Source: Terriglobia bacterium
Lineage (GTDB): Bacteria > Acidobacteriota > Terriglobia > 20CM-2-55-15
Assembly (NCBI GenBank): GCA_965198265.1
Contig: CBDAPB010000036.1
Coordinates: 481,431-545,430, forward strand
Length of the DNA stretch: 64,000 nt
Direction of reading: 5' to 3'
Shown: piece by piece, positions 18,401 through 28,477 of the stretch
Layout: each line of letters starts with the position of its first letter
How positions within the stretch are numbered: position 1 is the stretch's first letter
Position numbers and translations under genes: made by a program
Notes under the pieces: generated by a model
What the model saw: only the letters and a program-made list of their open reading frames with translations
What the model was told of the DNA's origin: nothing
Database searches by the model: none

Positions 18401-21265
18401 ATGAAGTTTTTTAGAGGAAGAGTATCGCTGTTTGCCGCTTCTGTTCTGGTGCTTGCTCTGGCCGCGCCAGCCTTCCCACAAGCCCTGACCGGAGGTATCA
18501 ATGGAACATCCACGGACGCTTCCGGCGCATTGATCCCGGGCGTGGAAGTGACAGTCAGCAGTCCGGCCATGATCGAAGGCTCACGATCTGCGATCACCAA
18601 CGAAACGGGGAGCTATCGATTCCCGCTACTGCCCCCAGGTAGCTACACCGTCACTTTTGTGCTTCCGGGTTTCGCCACGCTGAATATTGAAGACGTGGTG
18701 GTGCCTGTCGGAACCACCATGACTATTAACGGGACGTTGGAAGTGGCGACGGTTGCGGAAACAATCACTGTTGTCAGCGAGACGCCGACGATCGACCTGC
18801 AGGATGCTGCAAAGTCCATCAACTGGGGCAAGCAGGGTCTGGAGGATCTTCCCTACGGTCGCGCCATACGCGGTCTGACGGCGATGATTCCGGGGATGGT
18901 CAATCGACAGTATGACGTCGGTGGAAACACAAAGGGAGGTCCGGCCGGCGTAGGCTCCCGCTCGTATGGGCGAAGAGACGGCGACGTGGTGATGTACGAC
19001 GGCATGGTGTGGGATCAGACCTTTGGCGACTACGCCGCGTTCGAGGAAGTCCAGATCACGTCCGCCGCAAAAGGCGCCGAATCGATGAATCCGGGTTCAA
19101 CACTGAGCTTCGTGATCAAGTCGGGCAGCAACGATTTCCACGGGACAACCTACATGGACTGGGAGGACGACAGCTTCCAGAGCGACAACATCGGCGAGGA
19201 CCTGTTGGCCCAGGGATTCAAGCCGTCGAGCAACAAGTTCACTCGCTTCAACGAGTTCAACTTCGACATCGGCGGTCCAATCATCAGGGACAAGTTCTGG
19301 TTCTACGTCTCGTGGGGCGACATGTACTCGGGACTGCTTATTCCCGGTTTCATTTCCCTCGAGACAGGCCAGCCGCAGACCTTCTTCACCAGCCTGAAGA
19401 CTTTAACTACCAAGTTCACTTACCAACTGACCAACAGCATGAAGCTGGAAAGCCATGGATCATTTGGTCGGAAGTGGCAGCCCTACCGCAATGCCGGGTC
19501 GGCCGTTCCGGCCGAAGCCACGCACGATCAGCTCTCCTACACGGGTACCGGTCCGACGCTGAAATTGACCAACATCATCAGCCCAACGATGACGATGGAC
19601 GTGGCGCTGAGCCGGGGCGGCTACTACTGGCCGAGCCGATCGCACACGACCGACATCCGGCAGTTCGACCGCTCGACTGGGGAGACACGTGGCTCCTGGA
19701 ACGTGCGTTACCTGCGTCCGATTCGGTGGCAGTATGACGCCAACTTCAGCTGGTTCGGCGAAATCGGCGGCCGAAACAACGAGATCAAAACCGGCACTCT
19801 GAATTGGTGGAGCAAGGCCTATCGCCTGAATTTCGGATTCCCGAACCAACAGGAGTACCACTACCGTAGCCGGCCGGGCGACGCGACTTTCTTCGAGCGG
19901 CCGAATCGGGTCCGGGTGTACGACTATCCGAACAACGAGATAAGTGTCCAGAATTACAAATCGTGGTACATCAATGACAAGCTCACGGTGAACAACCACT
20001 TGACGCTGAACTTCGGCGTCCGGTGGGACCATTATTCGTCCTACCTGCCCGAGCAGGGCAACCCGGGAGACGGACCGTTCGCCACCAAGAACCTCTTTCC
20101 CGAAAACCGGGATTTCCCGGTGTACAACTCCGTCGTGCCGCGATTTTCGATGGTCTACGACGTGACCGGTGAAGGCAAGGTGGCGCTGAAGGCCAGCTAC
20201 GGCCGGTACGCCGGAGGCGGTTCCGGAAGCCGAACAACTCCCGCTCCCAATGCCACTCACGTGAACCCGGCCGGGAGGACGAGATGGCAGTACGCTTGGG
20301 ACGGCAGTATTCCCTACGCTCCGAACCCGGCGGATCTGCAGTCGGTCTCAGGAGGCGGCGGCGGAATCCAGCGGATCGATTCGAACGTGGAACTTCCCTA
20401 CATGGATGAGTACACGGCGGGAATCGAGCTGGGTTTCACCCGCGACATGACGATGCGGTTCAACGTCGTCCGAAAACAGGATTTCGGTGGGTTCTACGTC
20501 AAGGACCTGGCCCGGCCCTACGAAGCCTACACAGACGTTCGTTACGCGGTGGACCCGGGCCGGGATAACATCGTGGGAACCGCTGACGACGGTCAGTTGC
20601 AGGCGTGGTCGGTCCCCAGAAGCTGGCCGACGTTCGCCGATGTCAACGACCTCTATACAAATGTCGCCACTGATGAGGCCAAAGACGTCTACACGTCTTA
20701 TGAGATGACGTTCAACAAGCGGCTCGCGGACGACTGGTCGATCCTGGCCAGCTACCAGTCAGACTTTGCCAAGATCCGCTGTTCGGAGCGCCGTAGTCGC
20801 GGATGTGATCGCATCCCGCGGAACCCGAACGACTTGCTCTACACCTTCAACCTTCCGAGGTGGTATCACTCGCTGAAGCTCCACGGGCAGTACAACCTGC
20901 CCTACGGTGTGATGTTCTCCAGTTCTTTCCGATCGCAGAGCGGCGATTACTATGGCCGCGAAGCCCTGATGCGGAATGCGCTGAACTCCACGGTCGTCAT
21001 CCCGGTCGAAGAGCAAGCCGGCCGACTCCCCAGAGTGAACCTGTGGGACAATCGCTTTTCGAAGACGTTCCAGATCAACGATCGTCACTCGATTGAAGCG
21101 ATGATCGACTTTTTCAACTCGCTGAATGTCAGTACCGTCCTCAGGGTCGAGACACGGAACGGTCCGAGATTCGGGCTGGTGCGCTCTGCCGGTACGGGTG
21201 CGACTTCGGCGAGTCCGATCATTCCCGGGCGAATCTTCCGTCTGGCTGCGCGTTGGAGGTTCTGA
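18401..21265 (+). CDS. TonB-dependent receptor, paralog 2 (closely related to 12473-15355)
   Basis: ATG after GGAGG; shares TMTINGTLEVATVAETITVVSE, LPYGR, RGGYYWPS, FQINDRHSIEAM; ends RWRF. Confidence 0.9.
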   Translation: MKFFRGRVSLFAASVLVLALAAPAFPQALTGGINGTSTDASGALIPGVEVTVSSPAMIEGSRSAITNETGSYRFPLLPPGSYTVTFVLPGFATLNIEDVVVPVGTTMTINGTLEVATVAETITVVSETPTIDLQDAAKSINWGKQGLEDLPYGRAIRGLTAMIPGMVNRQYDVGGNTKGGPAGVGSRSYGRRDGDVVMYDGMVWDQTFGDYAAFEEVQITSAAKGAESMNPGSTLSFVIKSGSNDFHGTTYMDWEDDSFQSDNIGEDLLAQGFKPSSNKFTRFNEFNFDIGGPIIRDKFWFYVSWGDMYSGLLIPGFISLETGQPQTFFTSLKTLTTKFTYQLTNSMKLESHGSFGRKWQPYRNAGSAVPAEATHDQLSYTGTGPTLKLTNIISPTMTMDVALSRGGYYWPSRSHTTDIRQFDRSTGETRGSWNVRYLRPIRWQYDANFSWFGEIGGRNNEIKTGTLNWWSKAYRLNFGFPNQQEYHYRSRPGDATFFERPNRVRVYDYPNNEISVQNYKSWYINDKLTVNNHLTLNFGVRWDHYSSYLPEQGNPGDGPFATKNLFPENRDFPVYNSVVPRFSMVYDVTGEGKVALKASYGRYAGGGSGSRTTPAPNATHVNPAGRTRWQYAWDGSIPYAPNPADLQSVSGGGGGIQRIDSNVELPYMDEYTAGIELGFTRDMTMRFNVVRKQDFGGFYVKDLARPYEAYTDVRYAVDPGRDNIVGTADDGQLQAWSVPRSWPTFADVNDLYTNVATDEAKDVYTSYEMTFNKRLADDWSILASYQSDFAKIRCSERRSRGCDRIPRNPNDLLYTFNLPRWYHSLKLHGQYNLPYGVMFSSSFRSQSGDYYGREALMRNALNSTVVIPVEEQAGRLPRVNLWDNRFSKTFQINDRHSIEAMIDFFNSLNVSTVLRVETRNGPRFGLVRSAGTGATSASPIIPGRIFRLAARWRF

Positions 21266-21330
21266 GACAGTGACTGGCGGGTGAAAACCCGCGGTTGGGG
21301 AGGGGCGGCCGTTAAGGCCGCCCCTTTTTT
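21266..21330 (+). terminator. Double hairpin / Rho-independent terminator 3' of receptor 2
   Basis: GCGGGTGAAAACCCGC then AGGGGCGGCC-GTTAA-GGCCGCCCC-TTTTTT. Confidence 0.8.
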
Positions 21331-21349
21331 CGATACAGGAGGCAGCCCC

Positions 21350-23335
21350 GTGAAGCGAATTCTATTTTCTCTCGTTTTGATGGCCTGTTTGCCGGTGCCA
21401 GCGTTCTCTCAGGGATTGCAGCTCGACGACTGGTACCGGCTTGATCGTCTCTCCGACGCCCAGTTCGCTCCCGACAGCCAGTCGATCGCGTTCGTTGTGA
21501 CCCGGGCGGATCGCGAGCAGCAGCGCAACTTGTCTCAGATCTGGTTGGTGGCGGCCGACGGCAAGAGCGAACCGTATCCGTTCACGAGAGGTTCCGCGAG
21601 CGAGACGCACCCCCGCTGGTCACCGGACGGGAAGCGCCTGGCCTTTCTCACCAGAAGGGTGGAAGACGAGCGATCTCAGATCTACGTGCTGCCGGCGGGT
21701 GGGGGAGAGGCGGTTCGGGTCACGGATTTTGAGAGTGGTGTCGAGGACTTTGCCTGGTCGCCCGAAGGCAGCCGGTTCGCTGTGGTCGCCCGAACGGGCC
21801 CTCGAATGGATCCGAACGACCCCCTTGCCGGCGTGATCGTGATCCGCACTGCCCGCTATGACCAGGATCGACGTGGTTTCTTCGGAAACCTCCGTTCTCA
21901 TGTCTTTGTCGTCGACGCGGCCACAGGGGAAAGCATGCAGATCACCGACGGCGAAGACGACAACATGAACCCGGCCTGGTCTCCCGATGGGAAGTGGATC
22001 GCCTTCGTCTCCGATCGTACTGGCCGGGCCTTCGAAGGCAGCCGCAACACCGACGTATTCATTGTCCTTTCGACCGGTGGCGAGCCGCGACGCATTTCTT
22101 CGCACGAAGGAGCCGACGGCAATCCGGTCTTTTCACCGGACAGCCGGTCGATCGCCTTTAGCGGCGCCGTCGGGCGAACCGACCAATCCGATATCTGGAT
22201 GGTGCCCGTCGGTGGAGGTACGCCCGTCAACCTGACCGAATCGTTCGACGAGCGCCTCGGCGCGTTTGTCTGGGCCGAAAAGGGTATCTTCTTCACCGCC
22301 AGGAGGCAGGGAACCACACCGCTGTTCAAGCTCGACGTGACAGCCCGGGAGGCGGAGATCGTCGACGGCGAAGGAATGCGGGTCAATTCCTTCAGCATCT
22401 CCGACGCCGGAGACTGGGTCTACATCCAGGACGGCTTTCGGCATCCCGGCGACATCCACATCACCCGGGAAAACAACAGGCGTCGCTCGCGTCGTGTGAC
22501 CGACTTTCACAGGCAACTGGTCCGCGAGCGCACGATGGTCGCCGCCAAAGAGTTCTGGTACGAAGCCGACGATGGCTTCGACATCCAGGGCTGGTTCGTC
22601 AAGCCGCTCGGGTTCGAGGAGGGTAGGGAATACCCGCTCATTCTGCGCATCCATGGCGGGCCCGCCGGAATGTACGGCATCGCGTTCGATCACGAAGTCC
22701 AGGTCATGGCCGCTCGGGGGTACGCCATGGTCTACGTCAACCCACGGGGCAGCTCCGGTTACGGGCAGACCTTCGTCCGCGCCAACGATCAGGACTGGGG
22801 CGGGGGCGACTTTGGCGACATCATGAAAGGCGTCGACACCGTGCTGGCCGAACACGACTGGATCGATACCGACCGTATGGCCATCTACGGCTGCAGCTAC
22901 GGTGGTTTTATGACAAGCCTGGCGATCACCCGGACCGACCGTTTCGCGGCCGCCGCGCCGGAATGCATCATCTCGAACTGGATCAGTTTCTGGGGCACGT
23001 ATGACAACGCCTACAACCACGAAGTCGCCTGGGGCGGCTCACTGTGGGAAGTCTACGATCTCATGTGGGACCGCTCGCCGCTGAAGCATGCCCGCAACGT
23101 CAAGACGCCGGCGTTGTTCATCCAGGGGGAGGCGGACGAACGAACGCCCGCCGATCAGGTCGAGCAGATGTTCCGCGCGTTGAAGCGCAACGGCGTGGAG
23201 ACGGAGCTGGTGAGGTATCCGGGGGAGAATCACGGGCACTTCCAGAACGGCAAGCCCGCGCACTACGTGGATCGCATCAAGCGGATCCTGGCGTGGTTCG
23301 ACAAGTACACCAACACCAACCCGCCGTCGAACTGA
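21350..23335 (+). CDS. Secreted S9-family peptidase (acylaminoacyl-peptidase-like)
   Basis: PD40-like WSPDG repeats; IHGGP; NPRGSSGYG; GCSYGG nucleophile; DER...ENH triad. Confidence 0.93.
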   Translation: MKRILFSLVLMACLPVPAFSQGLQLDDWYRLDRLSDAQFAPDSQSIAFVVTRADREQQRNLSQIWLVAADGKSEPYPFTRGSASETHPRWSPDGKRLAFLTRRVEDERSQIYVLPAGGGEAVRVTDFESGVEDFAWSPEGSRFAVVARTGPRMDPNDPLAGVIVIRTARYDQDRRGFFGNLRSHVFVVDAATGESMQITDGEDDNMNPAWSPDGKWIAFVSDRTGRAFEGSRNTDVFIVLSTGGEPRRISSHEGADGNPVFSPDSRSIAFSGAVGRTDQSDIWMVPVGGGTPVNLTESFDERLGAFVWAEKGIFFTARRQGTTPLFKLDVTAREAEIVDGEGMRVNSFSISDAGDWVYIQDGFRHPGDIHITRENNRRRSRRVTDFHRQLVRERTMVAAKEFWYEADDGFDIQGWFVKPLGFEEGREYPLILRIHGGPAGMYGIAFDHEVQVMAARGYAMVYVNPRGSSGYGQTFVRANDQDWGGGDFGDIMKGVDTVLAEHDWIDTDRMAIYGCSYGGFMTSLAITRTDRFAAAAPECIISNWISFWGTYDNAYNHEVAWGGSLWEVYDLMWDRSPLKHARNVKTPALFIQGEADERTPADQVEQMFRALKRNGVETELVRYPGENHGHFQNGKPAHYVDRIKRILAWFDKYTNTNPPSN

Positions 23336-23370
23336 TCAGAGGGGACACGCCCGATCCCCTTCAGCTTGGT

Positions 23371-23436
23371 GTAGGGGCGCTCTATGAGCGCACATCGTCT
23401 CGGTTCGAACAATGTGCAGTCCCAGACCGCACCTAC
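23371..23436. repeat. GTAG...CTAC REP doublet, copy 2
   Basis: GTAGGGGCGCTCTATGAGCGCAC...CAGACCGCACCTAC between convergent genes. Confidence 0.75.
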
Positions 23437-23451
23437 ACCGAGAACGCGCGC

Positions 23452-23901
23452 CTATCCCGGCGGTTTGAAGTAGAGCACCATTCCCGCGCCGCCCGCGGCG
23501 AACAGGAAACCCAGGTACAGCAGGGGATTCGGCGAAGTCTCGGGAGGGTGTAGCCACATCGAGACGACGACGTTCACAAGCGGCGCCCCTCCGAAGACGA
23601 TCGGCATCACGTATGTCGGCACCCCTCCGGCTCTGAAAGCGTAGATGATGCAGACCGCTCCTACGGCGCCCAGTGCGCCGGCGACGGTCGCCATCGTGGC
23701 GCCCTGCCGTGTGAACCCACTCAACTCGCCCGACGTGGAGAGTGAAGCAACCGGCACAAGCACACCGATCAAGAAATAGGCCAGGCCGACGCACAGCAAC
23801 GCGCGAAGCGGGTTGCCCAGGGCCACCTGCCCCTGGTGGAGCGTCGGTCCATACATTCCCCAGGACACCACAGCTCCCAGGGCAAAGATTACCCAGAACA
23901 T
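23452..23901 (-). CDS. Small multi-TM membrane protein (EamA/DMT-like)
   Basis: About five hydrophobic segments; WGMYGPTLH, YVMPIVFGGAP. Confidence 0.75.
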   Translation of the reverse strand: MFWVIFALGAVVSWGMYGPTLHQGQVALGNPLRALLCVGLAYFLIGVLVPVASLSTSGELSGFTRQGATMATVAGALGAVGAVCIIYAFRAGGVPTYVMPIVFGGAPLVNVVVSMWLHPPETSPNPLLYLGFLFAAGGAGMVLYFKPPG

Positions 23902-24084
23902 CGATTTTCCTCGTGGTTTATGGCTATTGGTCATTAGCGATTAGCTGTTAACTCTTGGCTCTGAGCTATCTGCCGCTGGATTTCGATCGTTCCCGTGCGT
24001 TCTTCATTCATGTGGGGAATGGATCGCTCGACAACGGGGAGGGGCGGCTGCGGGACGTCCCCGCACGCTTTTTTTGGGGAATCG

Positions 24085-25137
24085 CTACCGGGGCGGCGGC
24101 CCCTGATTCAGCATCTGCTTCAGATCATCGACCCGCTTCCCATACGCCTCGCGGTTCGGGTCGTCCGGATGCTCCGCCAGATACGTCTCCAACTGCTCCA
24201 GAGCCAGGAATGGTCGTCTCGACCGCATGTAGACGTTGATCAGTTGGAGTCGGGCCGGCCCGGAGGTCTCGGGCGCGATCGACACCGAGCGCAACAGGCT
24301 TTCCTCGGCTTTCGCGTATGCCCCCATCTTGTAATAGGCCGAGCCGATGTAGAAACTGTCGTCGTCGGAGGCCGCCCCCAGTTCGATCCGGCCCGATAGC
24401 GCTCCCACCGCGGCGGGGAACTGCCCGGTTTCATAGTACAGCCGCCCGAGCCAGCTCAGGCCGTCCGCCGACGAGGGATTGATCTCGACGGCTTTCTTCA
24501 GGGACACGATCGCCTGTTCGGCGTTGCCGGCGCGCTGGTGCGCGAAGCCCAACTCCAGGTGTGCGTCGTAGTAGTCGGGGGCCATCCCCAGCGCTTCTGC
24601 CAGACGGTCGATTCCCTTGTCCTCTTTGCCCTTCTGAAATTCTTCCAGGGCGTCCTCGTACTTCTCGAGTGCTTTCTTCGGGATTTTGATGCGCAGAGCC
24701 TGTACGGCGGCGACCGGATCTCCACCTTCTGCAACTGTCCTTGGAAACAGTGAGACAGCGACCTGGATCATCGCGAACGTGCTGTTGTCCACGATGACGC
24801 GTTGCCGGACATAGTTGTAGCGCTCGCTTTCGATGACGATCCAGTAGGTGCCGTATCGGACGTTGTTGAACCGGAAGAGACCGTTGGTGGTTGCCTGCAT
24901 CCGGCCGATCACCGTCGACTCGTCGGACCCGCGTAACTCGACGTCCACCAATGCCGGTTCGGCTCCAGCTTCCCAGGTGATCTGGCCCTCCAACGGAAAG
25001 CCGCCTTCGACGCTTTGACGGACCGATGCGGGCAGAATCGCGTCGCGCGGGATCTCGAATGGGACTCGAGTCTGTTGAACAGACAAGAGAACCATGAAGA
25101 GATAAACAATCATTAACTTAACCGGATCATTCAACAA
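24085..25137 (-). CDS. Secreted TPR protein with N-terminal carboxypeptidase-regulatory-like domain
   Basis: Hydrophobic N-terminus; GLFRFNNVRYGTY; IPKKALEKY; TPR-like repeats. Confidence 0.8.
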   Translation of the reverse strand: MLNDPVKLMIVYLFMVLLSVQQTRVPFEIPRDAILPASVRQSVEGGFPLEGQITWEAGAEPALVDVELRGSDESTVIGRMQATTNGLFRFNNVRYGTYWIVIESERYNYVRQRVIVDNSTFAMIQVAVSLFPRTVAEGGDPVAAVQALRIKIPKKALEKYEDALEEFQKGKEDKGIDRLAEALGMAPDYYDAHLELGFAHQRAGNAEQAIVSLKKAVEINPSSADGLSWLGRLYYETGQFPAAVGALSGRIELGAASDDDSFYIGSAYYKMGAYAKAEESLLRSVSIAPETSGPARLQLINVYMRSRRPFLALEQLETYLAEHPDDPNREAYGKRVDDLKQMLNQGPPPR

Positions 25138-25230
25138 ATCTTTTGGTTCCGAACATGCTACACCCTCTCCTGGCGGGAGCCAACGGGTTTACTGCCGAAA
25201 GACGAGCACCGGCCAGAGCAGAGCACGGAT

Positions 25231-25505
25231 CTAGTGGTCTGTAACAGTGCTATCGGCACCATCGCCGATGGGTCTTGCGGGCGAGGTCGAGGAGGGAGAC
25301 GGAAAGCGATGCTCTTTCATCGGTGACGGCTTCCGACAAAGAGATCGCCCGCAACCCCCATCGGCCCGAAGGGTTCGGCGGAACGGCCCCGTCTTCGGTG
25401 TCGTAACGCCCTCGCAATGAAACAGCATTGGCTCGAGCGTCACTCCTAGAATCCGACGCCGTTCGGCCGAACGCTGGTACCGATAGCACTGTTACAGGTC
25501 ACTAG
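25231..25505 (-). mobile_element. 275-bp MITE, family A copy 2
   Basis: CTAG at both ends; reverse complement of 2082-2356 with few substitutions. Confidence 0.92.
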
Positions 25506-25522
25506 TACGCTAATCGCTTGTC

Positions 25523-26758
25523 TCAGTTCAGCGTCCACAGCGTCAACGTCGAAACGTCCTTGACGAAGATACGGTTCCCGGCAATGGTCGGCTGGGCCCA
25601 GGTCGCGCTGTCGGCGACGGTATACAGCCGAAGGGGGGTGAGCCCGTTGCGGCCCGCGCGTGCGACCCTCAGTTCCGCATCGTATTCCAGCATGAACAAC
25701 AGGTCGCTGGCCCCGAGGATCGCAGCGTTGGTGGCCTGCCGCCCCTCGCTCGTCCACAACGTCGTTCCGGTCTCCGCATCGAGAGCGAAGTACTGGCCGC
25801 TGTTTCGATGCGAGAGCCCGAAGAGCACGCCGCCGACCACAACGCCGTTCGTCATGTAGAGAGAAAACTCCCGGTTTTCCCAGATGTTCTCGGTGGCCCA
25901 TCCGTTATCTCGACGGAGCACGGTGAAAGCCGTGGTCGGGTTACCGAGACCCGACACGATGACCGAGCGGCCATGGAGAATCGGCGTGATCGTGTTTTGC
26001 GTCGATCGCGTGGTAAACGGTCGTCGCCAGAGAAGCTCGCCGGTCGATGCCGAAACGCCGACCAGGTTCTCCTGAGTGAACGTGATCACCTGTCTGACAC
26101 CGTCAAACTCCGCAATGACCGGTGACCCGTAGGCGGGGCCGTCTCCATCCCAACTCCATTCCACCGCCCCGGTATCCCGGTTGAAAGCCGTCAGCGCGCC
26201 TCGATCGTGTCCACCGACGTGCACGATCACCAGCTCGCCGTCGACAAGCGGCGACATCGACGTCCCATAGAGCGGTCCGACGCGATCGGCTTCCGTTCGC
26301 CAGAGTTGTTCGCCGGAGCTCGCGTCGAACGCGCTTACGATGCCGCTCATGCCCAGCGTGTAGAGTCGATCCTCGGCGAAGGCAGGCGTTGCCTTGGGGC
26401 CCGGTCCGTGACGGCGGGCCGCCGGATTCATCCTGAATGGCGCCGGATAGCCCGTTTGCCAGATCACATCGCCGGTCGCGGCGTCGAGCGCGATCATGAC
26501 TTCATCTTCGTCCTGGCGGGCGTGCATGTAGATGCGGTCGCCAACGAGAATCGGTGTGGCGTATCCGGATCCGACCTCGACCTTCCATTCCTGATTCAGG
26601 CTCTCGGGCCACGAAGCCGGTTCGCGAAACGAAGTCACGACGCCATCCCGGTTTGGTCCGCGCCACTGCGGCCAGTCCTGGGCCAGGGCGTCGGTGGCGA
26701 TTGTCAATGCGCCGACCATGTTGATCAGCGTCAGGACGGATCGTCTGCGTAACATCAT
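25523..26758 (-). CDS. Secreted PQQ-binding-like beta-propeller protein
   Basis: QDWPQWRGPNRDG; repeated ALDAATG..W motifs. Confidence 0.88.
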   Translation of the reverse strand: MMLRRRSVLTLINMVGALTIATDALAQDWPQWRGPNRDGVVTSFREPASWPESLNQEWKVEVGSGYATPILVGDRIYMHARQDEDEVMIALDAATGDVIWQTGYPAPFRMNPAARRHGPGPKATPAFAEDRLYTLGMSGIVSAFDASSGEQLWRTEADRVGPLYGTSMSPLVDGELVIVHVGGHDRGALTAFNRDTGAVEWSWDGDGPAYGSPVIAEFDGVRQVITFTQENLVGVSASTGELLWRRPFTTRSTQNTITPILHGRSVIVSGLGNPTTAFTVLRRDNGWATENIWENREFSLYMTNGVVVGGVLFGLSHRNSGQYFALDAETGTTLWTSEGRQATNAAILGASDLLFMLEYDAELRVARAGRNGLTPLRLYTVADSATWAQPTIAGNRIFVKDVSTLTLWTLN

Positions 26759-26770
26759 TCAGCCTCTCCC

Positions 26771-28102
26771 TCAGTCGGGTAGGTCCTTGGCCGGTTCCGG
26801 CAACATGGTGCTTGCGATGAGCCCGACGGCGAACACAACCAGTGCTACGGTGGCCGCGGCGTATGCAAGGCGCGTGAATGGTGTCGGAGCCGGCATGTAG
26901 GTTGCGAGCTGCGTCGTCACGACGGCCGCGAATGTGCCGAACATTCGGCCGCCGACATTCGCAGCGAAGCTCTCACCGGTACCGCGCAGGTGCGTGGGGT
27001 AGACGCGGGGCAGGTAGTTGCCCCAGAAACTCATCTGGCCGACGGTGAGCACTCCCGCAACCAGGGCTCCCCATTTCAGCAGGTCCAGGTTGTTAACGGC
27101 CGGGAAGAAGAAGACCAGGGGAATGATCGCCACACCGGGCAGCAGGAATACCCGGACGAGTCGCACCCGGCTCAGGATGCGGATCGCGAGGAACGCCAGC
27201 AGCAGGCGTCCTGCCAGACCACCGCTTTCCTGGAAGAATTGGACGGTACTGACGACTTGCTGCTGCTGCTGAACCGGGAGGTCGACCACGCCCGGAAGCC
27301 CGGGCACGATTCGTGGCAGATGCTGCAGCGCGCCGAAAGCCGCGCCGTAGGTGCACGCCACCATCACCGCCGTCACGATCGTTGTCCTGCGGTACGCCGG
27401 CGCGAACAACTCGAAGATACTCGCCCGTTTCAAGGTGCCGGCCGCGTGCTTCTCCCTCCAGATCGGCGACTCCGGGAGGAAGGGCCGGATGATGATCAGG
27501 GGGATCGCGGGTATGAGTCCCGATATCAGGGTATACCGCCAGGCGTCGTGGCCTCCGTAGATTGCGGGGAACGCATCCCCGTACGTTACCGCCATGTAAT
27601 AGGCGCCGGTGACCATCAGCCCGCCGAAGGAGGAAAACGCCTGTGTGTAACCCAGGACCGATTCCCGCTGTTTACGGTGGGTGAACAGCTCCGCAAGCCA
27701 AGTGATGCCCGCGACGAACTCGACGCTGACTCCGATGAACGTCGTGCACCGCAGTACCAGCAGCATCGCAGCGGAGGTGGCGAAGCCCGCTGCAAAAGCC
27801 GAAAACGCGTAGAGCAGGATGCTCCAGAGGAGGACCCGAAGGCGTCCGAACCGATCGGTCAGGTAGCCACCGAGCAGGCCGAAGATACCGCCGCACACGG
27901 CGGGGACATAGAAGAGCAGGCCGACCCACGTGTTGAACTCCGGCGTGCCCGGCGCGATGCTCTCCAGCGCCATCAACGCCGGCCGCACGATAAGCGGCAG
28001 CATCAGGAGTTCGTAGATGTCGAAGGCGAATCCCATCGCGGCGATGCCGCAGATGAGCCACTGCTGCCCGGTGAGTTTGGGAGCGATCGCGTCGTCAGCC
28101 AT
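26771..28102 (-). CDS. MFS transporter
   Basis: GYLTDRFGR motif A; about 12 TM; YPTHLRGTG. Confidence 0.92.
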   Translation of the reverse strand: MADDAIAPKLTGQQWLICGIAAMGFAFDIYELLMLPLIVRPALMALESIAPGTPEFNTWVGLLFYVPAVCGGIFGLLGGYLTDRFGRLRVLLWSILLYAFSAFAAGFATSAAMLLVLRCTTFIGVSVEFVAGITWLAELFTHRKQRESVLGYTQAFSSFGGLMVTGAYYMAVTYGDAFPAIYGGHDAWRYTLISGLIPAIPLIIIRPFLPESPIWREKHAAGTLKRASIFELFAPAYRRTTIVTAVMVACTYGAAFGALQHLPRIVPGLPGVVDLPVQQQQQVVSTVQFFQESGGLAGRLLLAFLAIRILSRVRLVRVFLLPGVAIIPLVFFFPAVNNLDLLKWGALVAGVLTVGQMSFWGNYLPRVYPTHLRGTGESFAANVGGRMFGTFAAVVTTQLATYMPAPTPFTRLAYAAATVALVVFAVGLIASTMLPEPAKDLPD

Positions 28103-28237
28103 TCCTGTACCCCTCGAAGAGTATCGCCGGACTCTAACACAGCCAACCGTAGACCAACCACCCTCGGCGACTTTTTTGCAAAGCGCCGCCGGAGCGTTTG
28201 CTACACTTTTACGATTCTTTAGAGGATCGTCGAGTCA

Positions 28238-28477
28238 ATGGTAAAGAGACGGCTTCTGTATGCGGCCCTGCTGCTCGCGGCTTTGTTGCACCAGGACTTC
28301 TGGTTCTGGAGCGACCGAACGCTGGTCTTCGGGGTTCTTCCGATCGGGTTGTTGTATCACGTGGTCTACACGCTGGCTGTCGTCGGCCTCATGTGGCTCC
28401 TGGCCGAGTATGCCTGGCCCGTTCATCTCGATGAGGACACGGCCTCGACCACCTCCGCTCCGGAAGAAGGCCGATGA
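28238..28477 (+). CDS. DUF3311-like small membrane partner of the symporter
   Basis: LHQDFWFW...[11 protein letters not shown]; ATGA overlap with the SSS gene. Confidence 0.8.
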   Translation: MVKRRLLYAALLLAALLHQDFWFWSDRTLVFGVLPIGLLYHVVYTLAVVGLMWLLAEYAWPVHLDEDTASTTSAPEEGR

